The notes under the pieces are model-generated. The model worked only from the letters and a program-made list of their open reading frames with translations, was not told where the DNA came from and searched no databases. This document shows, piece after piece, positions 33,959 through 41,914 of a stretch of 64,000 bases of DNA. Within the stretch, counting starts at the first letter, position 1. Each line of letters starts with the position of its first letter. Made by a program: the position numbers and the translations under genes. Source of the stretch: an uncultured Gammaproteobacteria bacterium (GTDB lineage: Bacteria; Pseudomonadota; Gammaproteobacteria; SG8-11); assembly GCA_964654485.1 (NCBI GenBank), contig CAZZJI010000007.1, positions 3,276 to 67,275 on the forward strand. The letters run 5' to 3'.

Positions 33959-34356
33959 ATATTTGACCTGACGGTATAAAAATGTTGTGAGATACGCACA
34001 ATAAATTCAATCGCTGCAATAATTGCTCACATAATGACCAGTCAGAATGATGATATCGTAAGTCAGTATTTGCAATCGATATTAACTAAACTATCGCTAC
34101 CAACTCGACGCCACTAAAAACAGCTTCGGACTCGAAATAAGGTTATCAATATAGAAAGTATAACAGTTATTTTATGTAGGACACTGAGACGGATTGCTAC
34201 GCTCGGAACTTAAGATAGATTAAAGGTATTGTTAAAGAGCCGTTATCAGGATCAGCGTTAATTATTGTTGGCTAATTCAAGACATTAGCCAACAATAATT
34301 CAGGACACAGTATTGTTAATAGCGAACTGCCTTTTTCACTTTTCGCTATTGTATCT

Positions 34357-34746
34357 CTAATGCTTAAATTTATTTTTATTAAAATAAATTATTTGCGCTG
34401 TTGCATGTTGCATTGGTTTTGATATTGGTACAGCGTTCAGTTTCGGTTCCACCAGTAATTTTACCGTGGAAACCAAGCCATTATCGCCGGTGACCGCATC
34501 CCACATCATTGATGATAATTTAATGCAGGCACCCAATGGAGTACGTGCTTTTTTTCGCTCCATATCAATGCGAAATTGTAAGCCTCGTAATCGTCTTTGT
34601 TTGGAAATAGGAATACGCTCGAAAAATTGCTCAATGTAATTCTGACGGCGTTGTTCAAATCCTTCTGGATCATTACTGGCCAGATTAGCCCATTCATCGA
34701 AATCAATTCGAGTGCTTTTTTTGAAATTTTGTTTAATATTTGACAT
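34357..34746 (-). CDS. Small hypothetical protein (possibly DUF3135-like)
   Basis: 129-aa ORF with N-terminal FDEWANLASNDPEGFEQRRQ motif. Family assignment is from memory only. Confidence 0.35.
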   Translation of the reverse strand: MSNIKQNFKKSTRIDFDEWANLASNDPEGFEQRRQNYIEQFFERIPISKQRRLRGLQFRIDMERKKARTPLGACIKLSSMMWDAVTGDNGLVSTVKLLVEPKLNAVPISKPMQHATAQIIYFNKNKFKH

Positions 34747-35082
34747 CTGAAACTACCTTATTTTGCTGCGAGAACATTGTACAACATGATCAATGGTTCA
34801 CTCACGGGACACCGATGACTCTATATAACCGCGTAAATATAACGGTTATTGTTTGTGTCCAGCACTTAGTTAAATTTTACCTGTAACGTGCCGGTTAGGC
34901 TATGAAACGGCTAATATTTATCTATATAAGAACACGCTGAAAAGCACTGAATAATTTATTTTGATTTTTATAACATAATAAAAACAAATAGATAGAAATG
35001 CGAGCAGTATCAAGTAAAAGTCGGGGGTTCGGGCTGTATTGCCTAAATGTTGTATTTTTGCGGTAGAAATGTGATGTGCCAT

Positions 35083-35130
35083 ATGGCGACCCGGAGACGA
35101 TTCGAACGTCCGATGTGGCTTAGCAGGGGG
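35083..35130 (-). other. tRNA/tmRNA-like 3'-terminal fragment (T-arm + acceptor 3' strand + CCA) with no 5' partner
   Basis: Reverse complement reads GGACGTTCGAATCGTCTCCGGGTCGCCA, a T-loop GTTCGAAT with CCA end. No matching 5' acceptor strand (GACCCGG) within about 400 nt. Confidence 0.4.
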
Positions 35131-35419
35131 TGTTTTTTAAAAAAATTAGATTTCCATGACCAAGTAAAGATAAAAATACGGGCCTCATATACGTGTAGGC
35201 AAGGACCGGTTGCGGTCAATGCTTTCGGCTTTACTTGCTGTCTCGCAGGCTTTGATCTCTGCTGATGCGTCAGAAATCTTTCTGCCTTCAATATTCGGTA
35301 AAAACTAGCCTCTGAGGCGATATAGCGTCGTTCATCCTTGTGTCGGAGAAATTATGAAACTAACTACATTAATATATTGCGCTCCATCCAGGCTACGTTA
35401 GTTTTATAATATGTCTCGC

Positions 35420-35779
35420 TTATCTGTTGGTAATTAATTTTGGTTGGCTGAGTTGAAATACACCATTGTGTGCGCCGCCAATATATTCAGCACATACATT
35501 AAGGCATTCACCCACGTGAAAATTCTTAAGAGATTCAAAACAAAATCCCTCGGCAACTTTACCTACAGACGCAAATTGTGGTCCAAAGACTGGATTGATA
35601 CTTAATACTTCAAACTTGACCAGCCATTTGCGCTCATCATCGGGAGTCTGTGAACATTCCAACAGCCGGATTTCCAATTGTGACTCATTGGGTGCAACAG
35701 AAACTGAACCAAATCGTGGTGGTACTGGCCGTGGTGGTACTGGCATGGTGGAAACCTCGTGACAAAACGTATAGGACAA
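35420..35779 (-). CDS. Hypothetical protein (last gene of the protease islet; likely start at MPVPPRP...)
   Basis: 119-aa ORF, Pro-rich N-terminus, co-directional and 60 bp downstream of the M6 protease gene. Confidence 0.4.
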   Translation of the reverse strand: MSYTFCHEVSTMPVPPRPVPPRFGSVSVAPNESQLEIRLLECSQTPDDERKWLVKFEVLSINPVFGPQFASVGKVAEGFCFESLKNFHVGECLNVCAEYIGGAHNGVFQLSQPKLITNR

Positions 35780-35839
35780 CTAACTGCTCGGCATCAAATA
35801 GGGCAATGCCGAGCAGTTGATAGACCAGTATAAACTACA

Positions 35840-37405
35840 TTAGCCAAGATATACACGATATAGCGTATCGTTGTCGACATAAACAGTCACTAAATTGTTA
35901 TTTGCCCGTGCCTCACATAAGGCAGTAAAGGCATTGGTAACGCCATCAGGGTTTCCTGTTTTTATTTTTCGCCACCCTAGCCCCTGAATGTTTGCCCAAG
36001 CATTTTGAGAATGGTAACTAGTGTAGAGACGATTAACAATTTTGTTTGTATGCCACTCCTTAACCGCTGCTCCACCGACGTTAATATTGGCCGTTATATT
36101 TTCTCCCACGCGAGTAATCGCGGAAACATTGACTTCGGAGCCAGTACCATCATACGCGTTGCTGTTGGGCGTGGTCGTAGAATTAAAAGCGTTATTTCCA
36201 TTGAAAGGAAAAGTATCTCCACTGTCTCCGGAATTCGCATTACTGTTCAAGTCTCGCTTGCCATCAGCTTGTTCGATATCTACGAGGTAATGCGCTTCGT
36301 CTGTGTTATTTGATTGATTGTCATCAACATGTTCGATAATACAGCCCTCTCCTGGTAGATAAGAATCAAAACCCAGTTTTTGTCGATTCGCTACCAAAAA
36401 ATACTCTTTTGAATCTGCGCTGCCAATCGGCAATTTATAAACATCACCATTATTGAAATAAGGTTTAATATTTACACTTTGCGCACTATTGAATACCGTC
36501 GTTGAGGAAATCCAACCGGCTTTCAGTTTACACCAGGCAGACGGATGCGCTGGTGTGTGACCGTTGTTGTTCCAGCTGCCTCCGGCCATCAAATCCCATC
36601 GACCGGTACCACGTGATGAATAATCGGTGTCATACAGATCTGGCCAGCTCATTAATAAATGGCCTAGTTCATGTGACATAACACCTACCCGACCATCTTC
36701 CGGCGCCATGAAATAGCTACGTATTTGCACGCCGTTTACCGTCTTCGGCGTAATCGACCACTTGTGCGACCAAAAATCGCTTTTGTCACCCGTCGCTTCA
36801 GCGCCAGAACCAGCGGGAATGATAATCAATGCGTCTACTACACCATCACCATCATTATCGTATTGCGCAAAGTTAATATGAGGAGCAGCAAGATCAATGA
36901 CATCCTCTACCAGTTTCTGAGCGTTACGCGGGTAGTCTGCGAAACCGTAATCTTCATTGGTATAATATGATTTGGGTTGCGGTGCCCGATACCAGCCTAC
37001 AGTGACACCGCCGCTTCCGCCAACTTCGCCAACAATATCCAATTTACCGTATGAGGCTTCCCGGTAAAAGTCGTTCATGCTTCCACCAGCATAAGTTCCG
37101 CTGGAAAAGAGCATATCTCTAAAGTGTGACTGCGTTTGTGTTCCCGCCTTGTCTGAAAAATCCACCAGCAGAACCAAGGCCCTACGTGTGCCGACGATAG
37201 GGCTTAAACCCTTAGTGGGTGAGATCAGGGTATGAGCCCGAGTTTTAGGTGGACGCATCAAGATTTTCGTTGCACTTTCTCGATCGAGAACTTCGTCATC
37301 TGCTTTTTCAGGAAGTTCAAGACCAATACGTAGGCGGTGTTTTGAACGGATAATTTTCTCCTCCAATTCTGGTGAAGGAGGTGCGATACAAAGATTGTTG
37401 GACAT
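35840..37405 (-). CDS. M6-family (immune inhibitor A-like) metallopeptidase domain protein fused to an unrecognised C-terminal domain of about 75 aa
   Basis: HExxH in SHELGHLL. M6-like N-terminal block ALVLLVDFSDK. No signal peptide. The C-terminal 75 aa (YTSYHSQNAWANIQGLGWRKIKTGNPDGVTN...YRVYLG) is repeated in two nearby small ORFs. Confidence 0.7.
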   Translation of the reverse strand: MSNNLCIAPPSPELEEKIIRSKHRLRIGLELPEKADDEVLDRESATKILMRPPKTRAHTLISPTKGLSPIVGTRRALVLLVDFSDKAGTQTQSHFRDMLFSSGTYAGGSMNDFYREASYGKLDIVGEVGGSGGVTVGWYRAPQPKSYYTNEDYGFADYPRNAQKLVEDVIDLAAPHINFAQYDNDGDGVVDALIIIPAGSGAEATGDKSDFWSHKWSITPKTVNGVQIRSYFMAPEDGRVGVMSHELGHLLMSWPDLYDTDYSSRGTGRWDLMAGGSWNNNGHTPAHPSAWCKLKAGWISSTTVFNSAQSVNIKPYFNNGDVYKLPIGSADSKEYFLVANRQKLGFDSYLPGEGCIIEHVDDNQSNNTDEAHYLVDIEQADGKRDLNSNANSGDSGDTFPFNGNNAFNSTTTPNSNAYDGTGSEVNVSAITRVGENITANINVGGAAVKEWHTNKIVNRLYTSYHSQNAWANIQGLGWRKIKTGNPDGVTNAFTALCEARANNNLVTVYVDNDTLYRVYLG

Positions 37406-37488
37406 GGTTTTTTCCTCTTTTTATTGTTAGATTCGATACAAAATTCCTTGCTCTATAGGCGAAGATTCAGTTCCATTTTTGTCTTCGT

Positions 37489-37797
37489 TCAAGCGACCTC
37501 ATGAACATGGATTACCATTTTCTCAATGGATTGCGCCATGGGTACCCGGTACGCTTGCATACTAAGTAAATCACCAAGCTCTATTTTCGGATGACCAGAC
37601 AGGCTCACATGGGCACGAATGATGTAGTCCGATGCGGGATCGCGGACAACGAAGTCTATCGAAAACGATACCGATGTTTTCATGCCAGCTTGGTGGAACA
37701 CATGGTTAATTCGCAAACTAGTTAACTTTATTGAAGATCCATCCAGCATGCCAACGTCTTCCGCGTAAACATACAAAACCGCATCCGCCTGTCGCAA
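37489..37797 (-). CDS. Hypothetical small protein
   Basis: 102-aa ORF tightly packed between the disordered-protein gene and the M6 protease gene. Confidence 0.4.
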   Translation of the reverse strand: MRQADAVLYVYAEDVGMLDGSSIKLTSLRINHVFHQAGMKTSVSFSIDFVVRDPASDYIIRAHVSLSGHPKIELGDLLSMQAYRVPMAQSIEKMVIHVHEVA

Positions 37798-37800
37798 TGC

Positions 37801-38241
37801 TTACTTTTTAGTACTGCTTCGCGAGCTTGCTTTCTTAGTCGTTGGCTTTACCTCTGATTTATCTTCTAAATCAGGCGGCGGTGGTGCATCTTGCGACTGC
37901 GTTTCATCCAAACCAGGTGCCGGTACTACTATGCTACCTATGCTACCGTTCTTGATACTATGGAAAGATTCGTCGGAGAGTGGCCCAGGTGCGCTATCCA
38001 AGTTTGCTAGCGTATCTGCATTCTGCGTAACTTCTTCAGGACCTGGCGCCCCAGAAAAAGCGGCGCTTTCAGTGGCAGCCGACGACTGACCAGCCTCGGG
38101 ACCCGGTGCCGCATTAACGTCCATCTGTATACCAGAAAATGCCAAGTTATGCGGTGCGGGGGCTTCGGCCAAGTCAGCACTTGAAGTATTTTTTAAGAAC
38201 TCCCCGCCCATGGGAATTTTAATCGTGATTTCCGGGATCAT
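37801..38241 (-). CDS. Hypothetical low-complexity protein with APGPE-type repeats
   Basis: 146 aa with the motif (A/S)APGPE three times, a PPPP stretch and a Lys/Ser-rich tail. 3 nt from the next ORF. Confidence 0.45.
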   Translation of the reverse strand: MIPEITIKIPMGGEFLKNTSSADLAEAPAPHNLAFSGIQMDVNAAPGPEAGQSSAATESAAFSGAPGPEEVTQNADTLANLDSAPGPLSDESFHSIKNGSIGSIVVPAPGLDETQSQDAPPPPDLEDKSEVKPTTKKASSRSSTKK

Positions 38242-38316
38242 TTTTCATTCTCCTATAATTTATTTGATGGAACACAATGGCTGCAGTACTGCAGCCATTG
38301 ACAGCCGACATACATC

Positions 38317-38535
38317 TCAATTCATATACGCACGTTCAATAAGATTCTCGACAATATAGACACTAACGGTACGATTATTGGCTTTAGCAACGCTCAGCAA
38401 AGTAAAAGTATTGGTGACGCCATCACTGTTATCAGTTTTTATTTTTCTCCATCCAAGACCATCTATCCGCGCCCAACCATTTTGTGAATGAAAAGTTGTA
38501 TAAGTTTGAAGAACGGCTTTATTATTATTCCACAT
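38317..38535 (-). CDS. Stand-alone copy of the protease C-terminal domain (small protein; ORF opens at 38598, likely start at MWNNN)
   Basis: YTTFHSQNGWARIDGLGWRKIKTDNSDGVTNTFTLLSVAKANNRTVSVYIV aligns residue-for-residue with the C-terminus of the 35840-37405 protein. Confidence 0.55.
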   Translation of the reverse strand: MWNNNKAVLQTYTTFHSQNGWARIDGLGWRKIKTDNSDGVTNTFTLLSVAKANNRTVSVYIVENLIERAYMN

Positions 38536-38657
38536 GATAGTTTCCTCTTTTTTGTTGTTGTAAAAATTTTTTTTCATCAAGATTCGAAGGCAATCCAAAC
38601 TACGACGCTTGCTTTTACTAAAATTATTTATTTTTTATTAAATTATAACGTCTTAAT

Positions 38658-38948
38658 CTAACTTATAAATTTAATTTTATTATTTAAATAGACCCGATAA
38701 ATGCTGCTACCATTTGCAAACACATTGATGGTTCGGTTATTTGCCTTTGCCTCGCATAAAACAACAAAGGTATTGGTAACGCCATCAGAATTACCGATAT
38801 TAATTTTTATCCAACCCAAACCTTGAATTAACGCCCAGGCATTTTGCGAGTGATAAGTCGAATAAACTCGGCCAACGGTATTGTGCGCCGCTGACTGCAA
38901 CGCCCATTTCAAGGTCGTCTTGTGTTGCATCAATATCATCGCCTGCAA
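38658..38948 (-). CDS. Second stand-alone copy of the same domain (ORF overlaps the 38800-39147 ORF in another frame)
   Basis: VYSTYHSQNAWALIQGLGWIKINIGNSDGVTNTFVVLCEAKANNRTINVF...YRVYLN is a third paralogous copy of the domain. Confidence 0.5.
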   Translation of the reverse strand: MQAMILMQHKTTLKWALQSAAHNTVGRVYSTYHSQNAWALIQGLGWIKINIGNSDGVTNTFVVLCEAKANNRTINVFANGSSIYRVYLNNKIKFIS

Positions 38949-39147
38949 GCTTAGCCTGGGTGCGGCTCTTCATCTCTTCTGCGGTACCCAGTACGATATC
39001 GCCTTCGAACAAAGCAAGTCCATCAACAACTGTGTATTGTACTGGCTTATTTTTAAATGTAAGGCCAGAAACGAAACCGGTAAAAATTTCGTCGCCGGAT
39101 TGAAACTCAGTACTTTCGCTTTCGCTTTCGGTATCTTGGTTCGCCAT
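38800..39147 (-). CDS. Hypothetical acidic protein; possibly an N-terminal piece of a frameshifted gene continuing into 38658-38948
   Basis: 115-aa ORF (MANQDTESESESTEF...QYTVVDGLALFEGDIVLG...). Its 3' 149 nt overlap the domain ORF out of frame. Confidence 0.35.
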   Translation of the reverse strand: MANQDTESESESTEFQSGDEIFTGFVSGLTFKNKPVQYTVVDGLALFEGDIVLGTAEEMKSRTQAKLAGDDIDATQDDLEMGVAVSGAQYRWPSLFDLSLAKCLGVNSRFGLDKN

Positions 39148-39459
39148 AGGTTTGTTAGTATTATTATTAATTCCTTCTGCTCACCAAAGCTGAGTGAAAT
39201 CTATTCTTGCAATCGCGTCTATTTTTCACAGTGATAAATTACCCCGGTACTTGTGAAATATTTACTTTGTGATTAAATATTATTCTAATGACTTAAGTTA
39301 AAAACGGTATTTCGAAGTCGATCCCGGAGTGGGTCCCATAGTCAAGACAGTAATCCAAAAATATATGTTGTGACACAGTTTGGGTACAACTGAAGGCATG
39401 GAGGTGAAATTGGGTTGTTGTACTACGTTACGCGGGTATGAGTTATTTCAAAAGAGAAA

Positions 39460-39536
39460 TGGCCCGCTCGAATGGATTCGAACCATCGGCCTGCCCCTTA
39501 GGAGGGGGCTGCTCTATCCAGCTGAGCTACGAGCGG
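39460..39536 (-). tRNA. tRNA-Arg (anticodon CCU)
   Basis: Reverse complement is CCGCTCG-TA-GCTC-AGCTGGATA-GAGC-A-GCCCC-CTCCTAA-GGGGC-AGGCC-GATGG-TTCGAAT-CCATT-CGAGCGG-G-CCA. It forms a clean cloverleaf with an encoded CCA. Confidence 0.85.
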
Positions 39537-39595
39537 TTTGGGGTATTATACAGGATTTGACTGTTAACTTAAGTGCGTTTCCCTAATGATTGTTA

Positions 39596-39637
39596 GCTTA
39601 GGAGGCGACTGCTCTATCCGACTGTGCTACCGGGGCA
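39596..39637 (-). pseudogene. Truncated tRNA-Arg(CCU)-like 5' fragment (acceptor through anticodon loop)
   Basis: Reverse complement GCCCCGG-TA-GCAC-AGTCGGATA-GAGC-A-GTCGC-CTCCTAA-GC, then unrelated sequence. One D-stem mismatch and no 3' half. 60 bp from the intact tRNA-Arg on the same strand. Confidence 0.6.
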
Positions 39638-39690
39638 ACAAACGTGTATTGAATAATCTTGTTGTTACACTAAAATAAATATCGAGTGAT

Positions 39691-39987
39691 TTATGAGTAT
39701 TCATCTGTTTTTCCCCTTTTCCATTTTATATACTGAAGATCTTCATGATGGCCAGAAAATTCAATCCATTCAAATAGAAACCCTTTTAAGCCGCCGAACC
39801 AATCGGGTCGGTAAGCAACGACCTTGTAGGTGATGCAACCTGTCCCCTGGATTTTTCGATTTGTGTGATCTGTTAAAATAACGCTATAAGCTATTGATAT
39901 ATTGATAAAATATGTATGTGACTGGTCATTCACAGACGTATATTTAGAGATTAGAAACCACGTTGGCGTACCTAAAAACGCGGCCAA
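39691..39987 (-). CDS. Hypothetical small protein
   Basis: 98-aa ORF adjacent to the tRNA fragment. No recognisable motifs. Confidence 0.25.
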   Translation of the reverse strand: MAAFLGTPTWFLISKYTSVNDQSHTYFINISIAYSVILTDHTNRKIQGTGCITYKVVAYRPDWFGGLKGFLFEWIEFSGHHEDLQYIKWKRGKTDEYS

Positions 39988-40263
39988 TGTTAATCGTGTT
40001 GTAATAAAACTTTGTCCCAGTCGTCTTTAGTTATTCTAGTTAAGGAACCAGTTAAGTAATCGTATTAAGTAATGGGATATTAGTCACCGGACTAAGAAGA
40101 TCGCATATTATAGCCTAATAAAAAAGAGTATAAATCGAAATATCCCGTGTTGATTAAATAATAGTGCTAGTATTAGCCGGTTTTTGCGGTGATAGATGTA
40201 AATCTTCAGATAAAAAAATGCCTATACAAACGAAATATAAACAGGTTGTCGGGGTTTTAACAA

Positions 40264-41250
40264 ATGCATGCAACATTACCGTTATTAGAAACAACAAATT
40301 TTCCATTGATAAAAAGATCCAGACTCGAAACACTGCAAGTAAATCTGGGTTACAAGTGCAACCAACAGTGTTTACATTGTCACGTTAACGCCAGCCCCCA
40401 ACGAAAAGAGGTGATGGATAAGGAGACTGTTGACACCGTTATCGCTTTTTTGGAATCAACCAACGTAAACTCAAATGCAAACTCAGGCGTAAAGAAGCTG
40501 GACCTCACTGGCGGTGCGCCTGAACTTAATCCGTACTTTCGCAAATTGGTACGTCACGCTCGTCAATTGGGAATTCATGTGATAGACAGGTGTAATCTCA
40601 CAATACTTGAAGAACCCGGTTTTGAAGATTTAGCAGAATTTTTGGCTGAGCAGCAGGTTGAGGTCATCGCATCATTACCATGCTATTTAGAAGATAACGT
40701 AAACAAGCAACGTGGTAGCGGTGTTTTTGGTACCAGTATTAGCGGGTTGCGGAAATTAAATAAATTAGGTTATGGAAAACCAGGCACAGGTTTAGAACTC
40801 AACCTGGTTTACAATCCGCAGGGGCCGGTACTGCCGCCAGCACAAGTGATGCTTGAACAAGACTATAAAGAAAATCTTGGGGAGCGGTTTTCGGTTGTTT
40901 TTAATAATTTATTCACACTTGCCAATATGCCCATTAAACGATTCGGCAGTACGTTAATCTCTAAAGGCCAATTTGAAGACTATATGTTACTTTTACGTGG
41001 CTCTCATAATACTGAAAATTTACGCTCTGTAATGTGCAAAATATTGATAAGTGTTGATTGGCGGGGATATGTGTATGACTGTGATTTTAACCAGATGTTA
41101 GGTTTACCATTGGGTGCAACAAAGAAACCAAGTATACATATAAAAGATTTAACCACAGTTGATCTCGAAGGTGGCTCTATATGTGTAAAAGACCATTGTT
41201 ATGGTTGTACCGCGGGGCAGGGAAGTAGCTGTGGTGGTGCTCTCGCATAA
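40264..41250 (+). CDS. Radical SAM/Cys-rich domain protein (ArsS-like)
   Basis: rSAM motif CNQQCLHC near the N-terminus. C-terminal Cys-rich tail CVKDHCYGCTAGQGSSCGGAL typical of the rSAM/Cys-rich (arsenosugar ArsS-type) family. 328 aa. Confidence 0.65.
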   Translation: MHATLPLLETTNFPLIKRSRLETLQVNLGYKCNQQCLHCHVNASPQRKEVMDKETVDTVIAFLESTNVNSNANSGVKKLDLTGGAPELNPYFRKLVRHARQLGIHVIDRCNLTILEEPGFEDLAEFLAEQQVEVIASLPCYLEDNVNKQRGSGVFGTSISGLRKLNKLGYGKPGTGLELNLVYNPQGPVLPPAQVMLEQDYKENLGERFSVVFNNLFTLANMPIKRFGSTLISKGQFEDYMLLLRGSHNTENLRSVMCKILISVDWRGYVYDCDFNQMLGLPLGATKKPSIHIKDLTTVDLEGGSICVKDHCYGCTAGQGSSCGGALA

Positions 41251-41263
41251 CGCATAATATAAT

Positions 41264-41908
41264 TTGATGAATTCCGTTGCACTTATTATTTTCGCCAAAG
41301 CGCCAATTCCTGGAACGGTTAAAACACGATTAATTGACACGCTAGGTTCCCAGGGTTCGGCCGACTTACATAAACAGCTAACAACCCGTTGTCTGGAAAT
41401 GGCCGCAAGGTCTTCTCGTTACGCAGTTAATCTTTGGTGTACACCTACACCTGATCACTCATTTTTCAAGGCCTTGTCAACGAAATTCTCTGTTGCTTTG
41501 AGACAGCAGCAGGGTGGGGATCTTGGTGAACGTATGGCGTTTGCTATCAAAGAGGCACTAAAAAGCAATGATATTGCAATAATCATTGGATCCGATTGTC
41601 CTATGCTTACACATAGAGATTTAGAGCTAATCATTAACAAGCTGGAAAATGGTTTCGACGCAAGCATCATTCCCGCTGAAGATGGGGGTTACGTATTGTT
41701 GGGCTTACGCAAATTCTCATCCGTGCTTTTTAAAGAGATAGAATGGGGCGGCAAGCATGTTTTTGAAAAAACGAAAATGCATTTAAATGATCTTAGCTGG
41801 AATTGGTATCAACATGAAACATTTTGGGATGTTGATCGTCCAAATGATCTGGAACGGCTAAAATCGTTTGATAAATTGTTGCCGGGAACTGTTATAGGAA
41901 ACTATTGA
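41264..41908 (+). CDS. DUF2064/TIGR04282-like glycosyltransferase-fold protein
   Basis: N-terminal IIFAKAPIPGTVKTRL motif as in DUF2064 proteins that pair with rSAM/Cys-rich genes. 214 aa, 14 bp downstream of the rSAM gene. Confidence 0.55.
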   Translation: MMNSVALIIFAKAPIPGTVKTRLIDTLGSQGSADLHKQLTTRCLEMAARSSRYAVNLWCTPTPDHSFFKALSTKFSVALRQQQGGDLGERMAFAIKEALKSNDIAIIIGSDCPMLTHRDLELIINKLENGFDASIIPAEDGGYVLLGLRKFSSVLFKEIEWGGKHVFEKTKMHLNDLSWNWYQHETFWDVDRPNDLERLKSFDKLLPGTVIGNY

Positions 41909-41914
41909 AAACCC

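Noticed and set aside
35043-35291. 72- and 82-aa ORFs on both strands across the tRNA-like remnant
   Set aside because: Mutually overlapping and placed over an RNA-like, ORF-poor region with no RBS or conservation signal; treated as non-coding.
35083-35460. A complete tmRNA (ssrA) gene on the minus strand
   Set aside because: No 5' tRNA-like domain (GGGG…GAUUCGACGGG), no complementary acceptor strand and no plausible tag reading frame ending in …LAA-stop. Only a 3' fragment is defensible.
37489-37797. PilZ-domain assignment for the 102-aa islet ORF
   Set aside because: Superficial resemblance only; the RxxxR and D/NxSxxG motifs are not both present.
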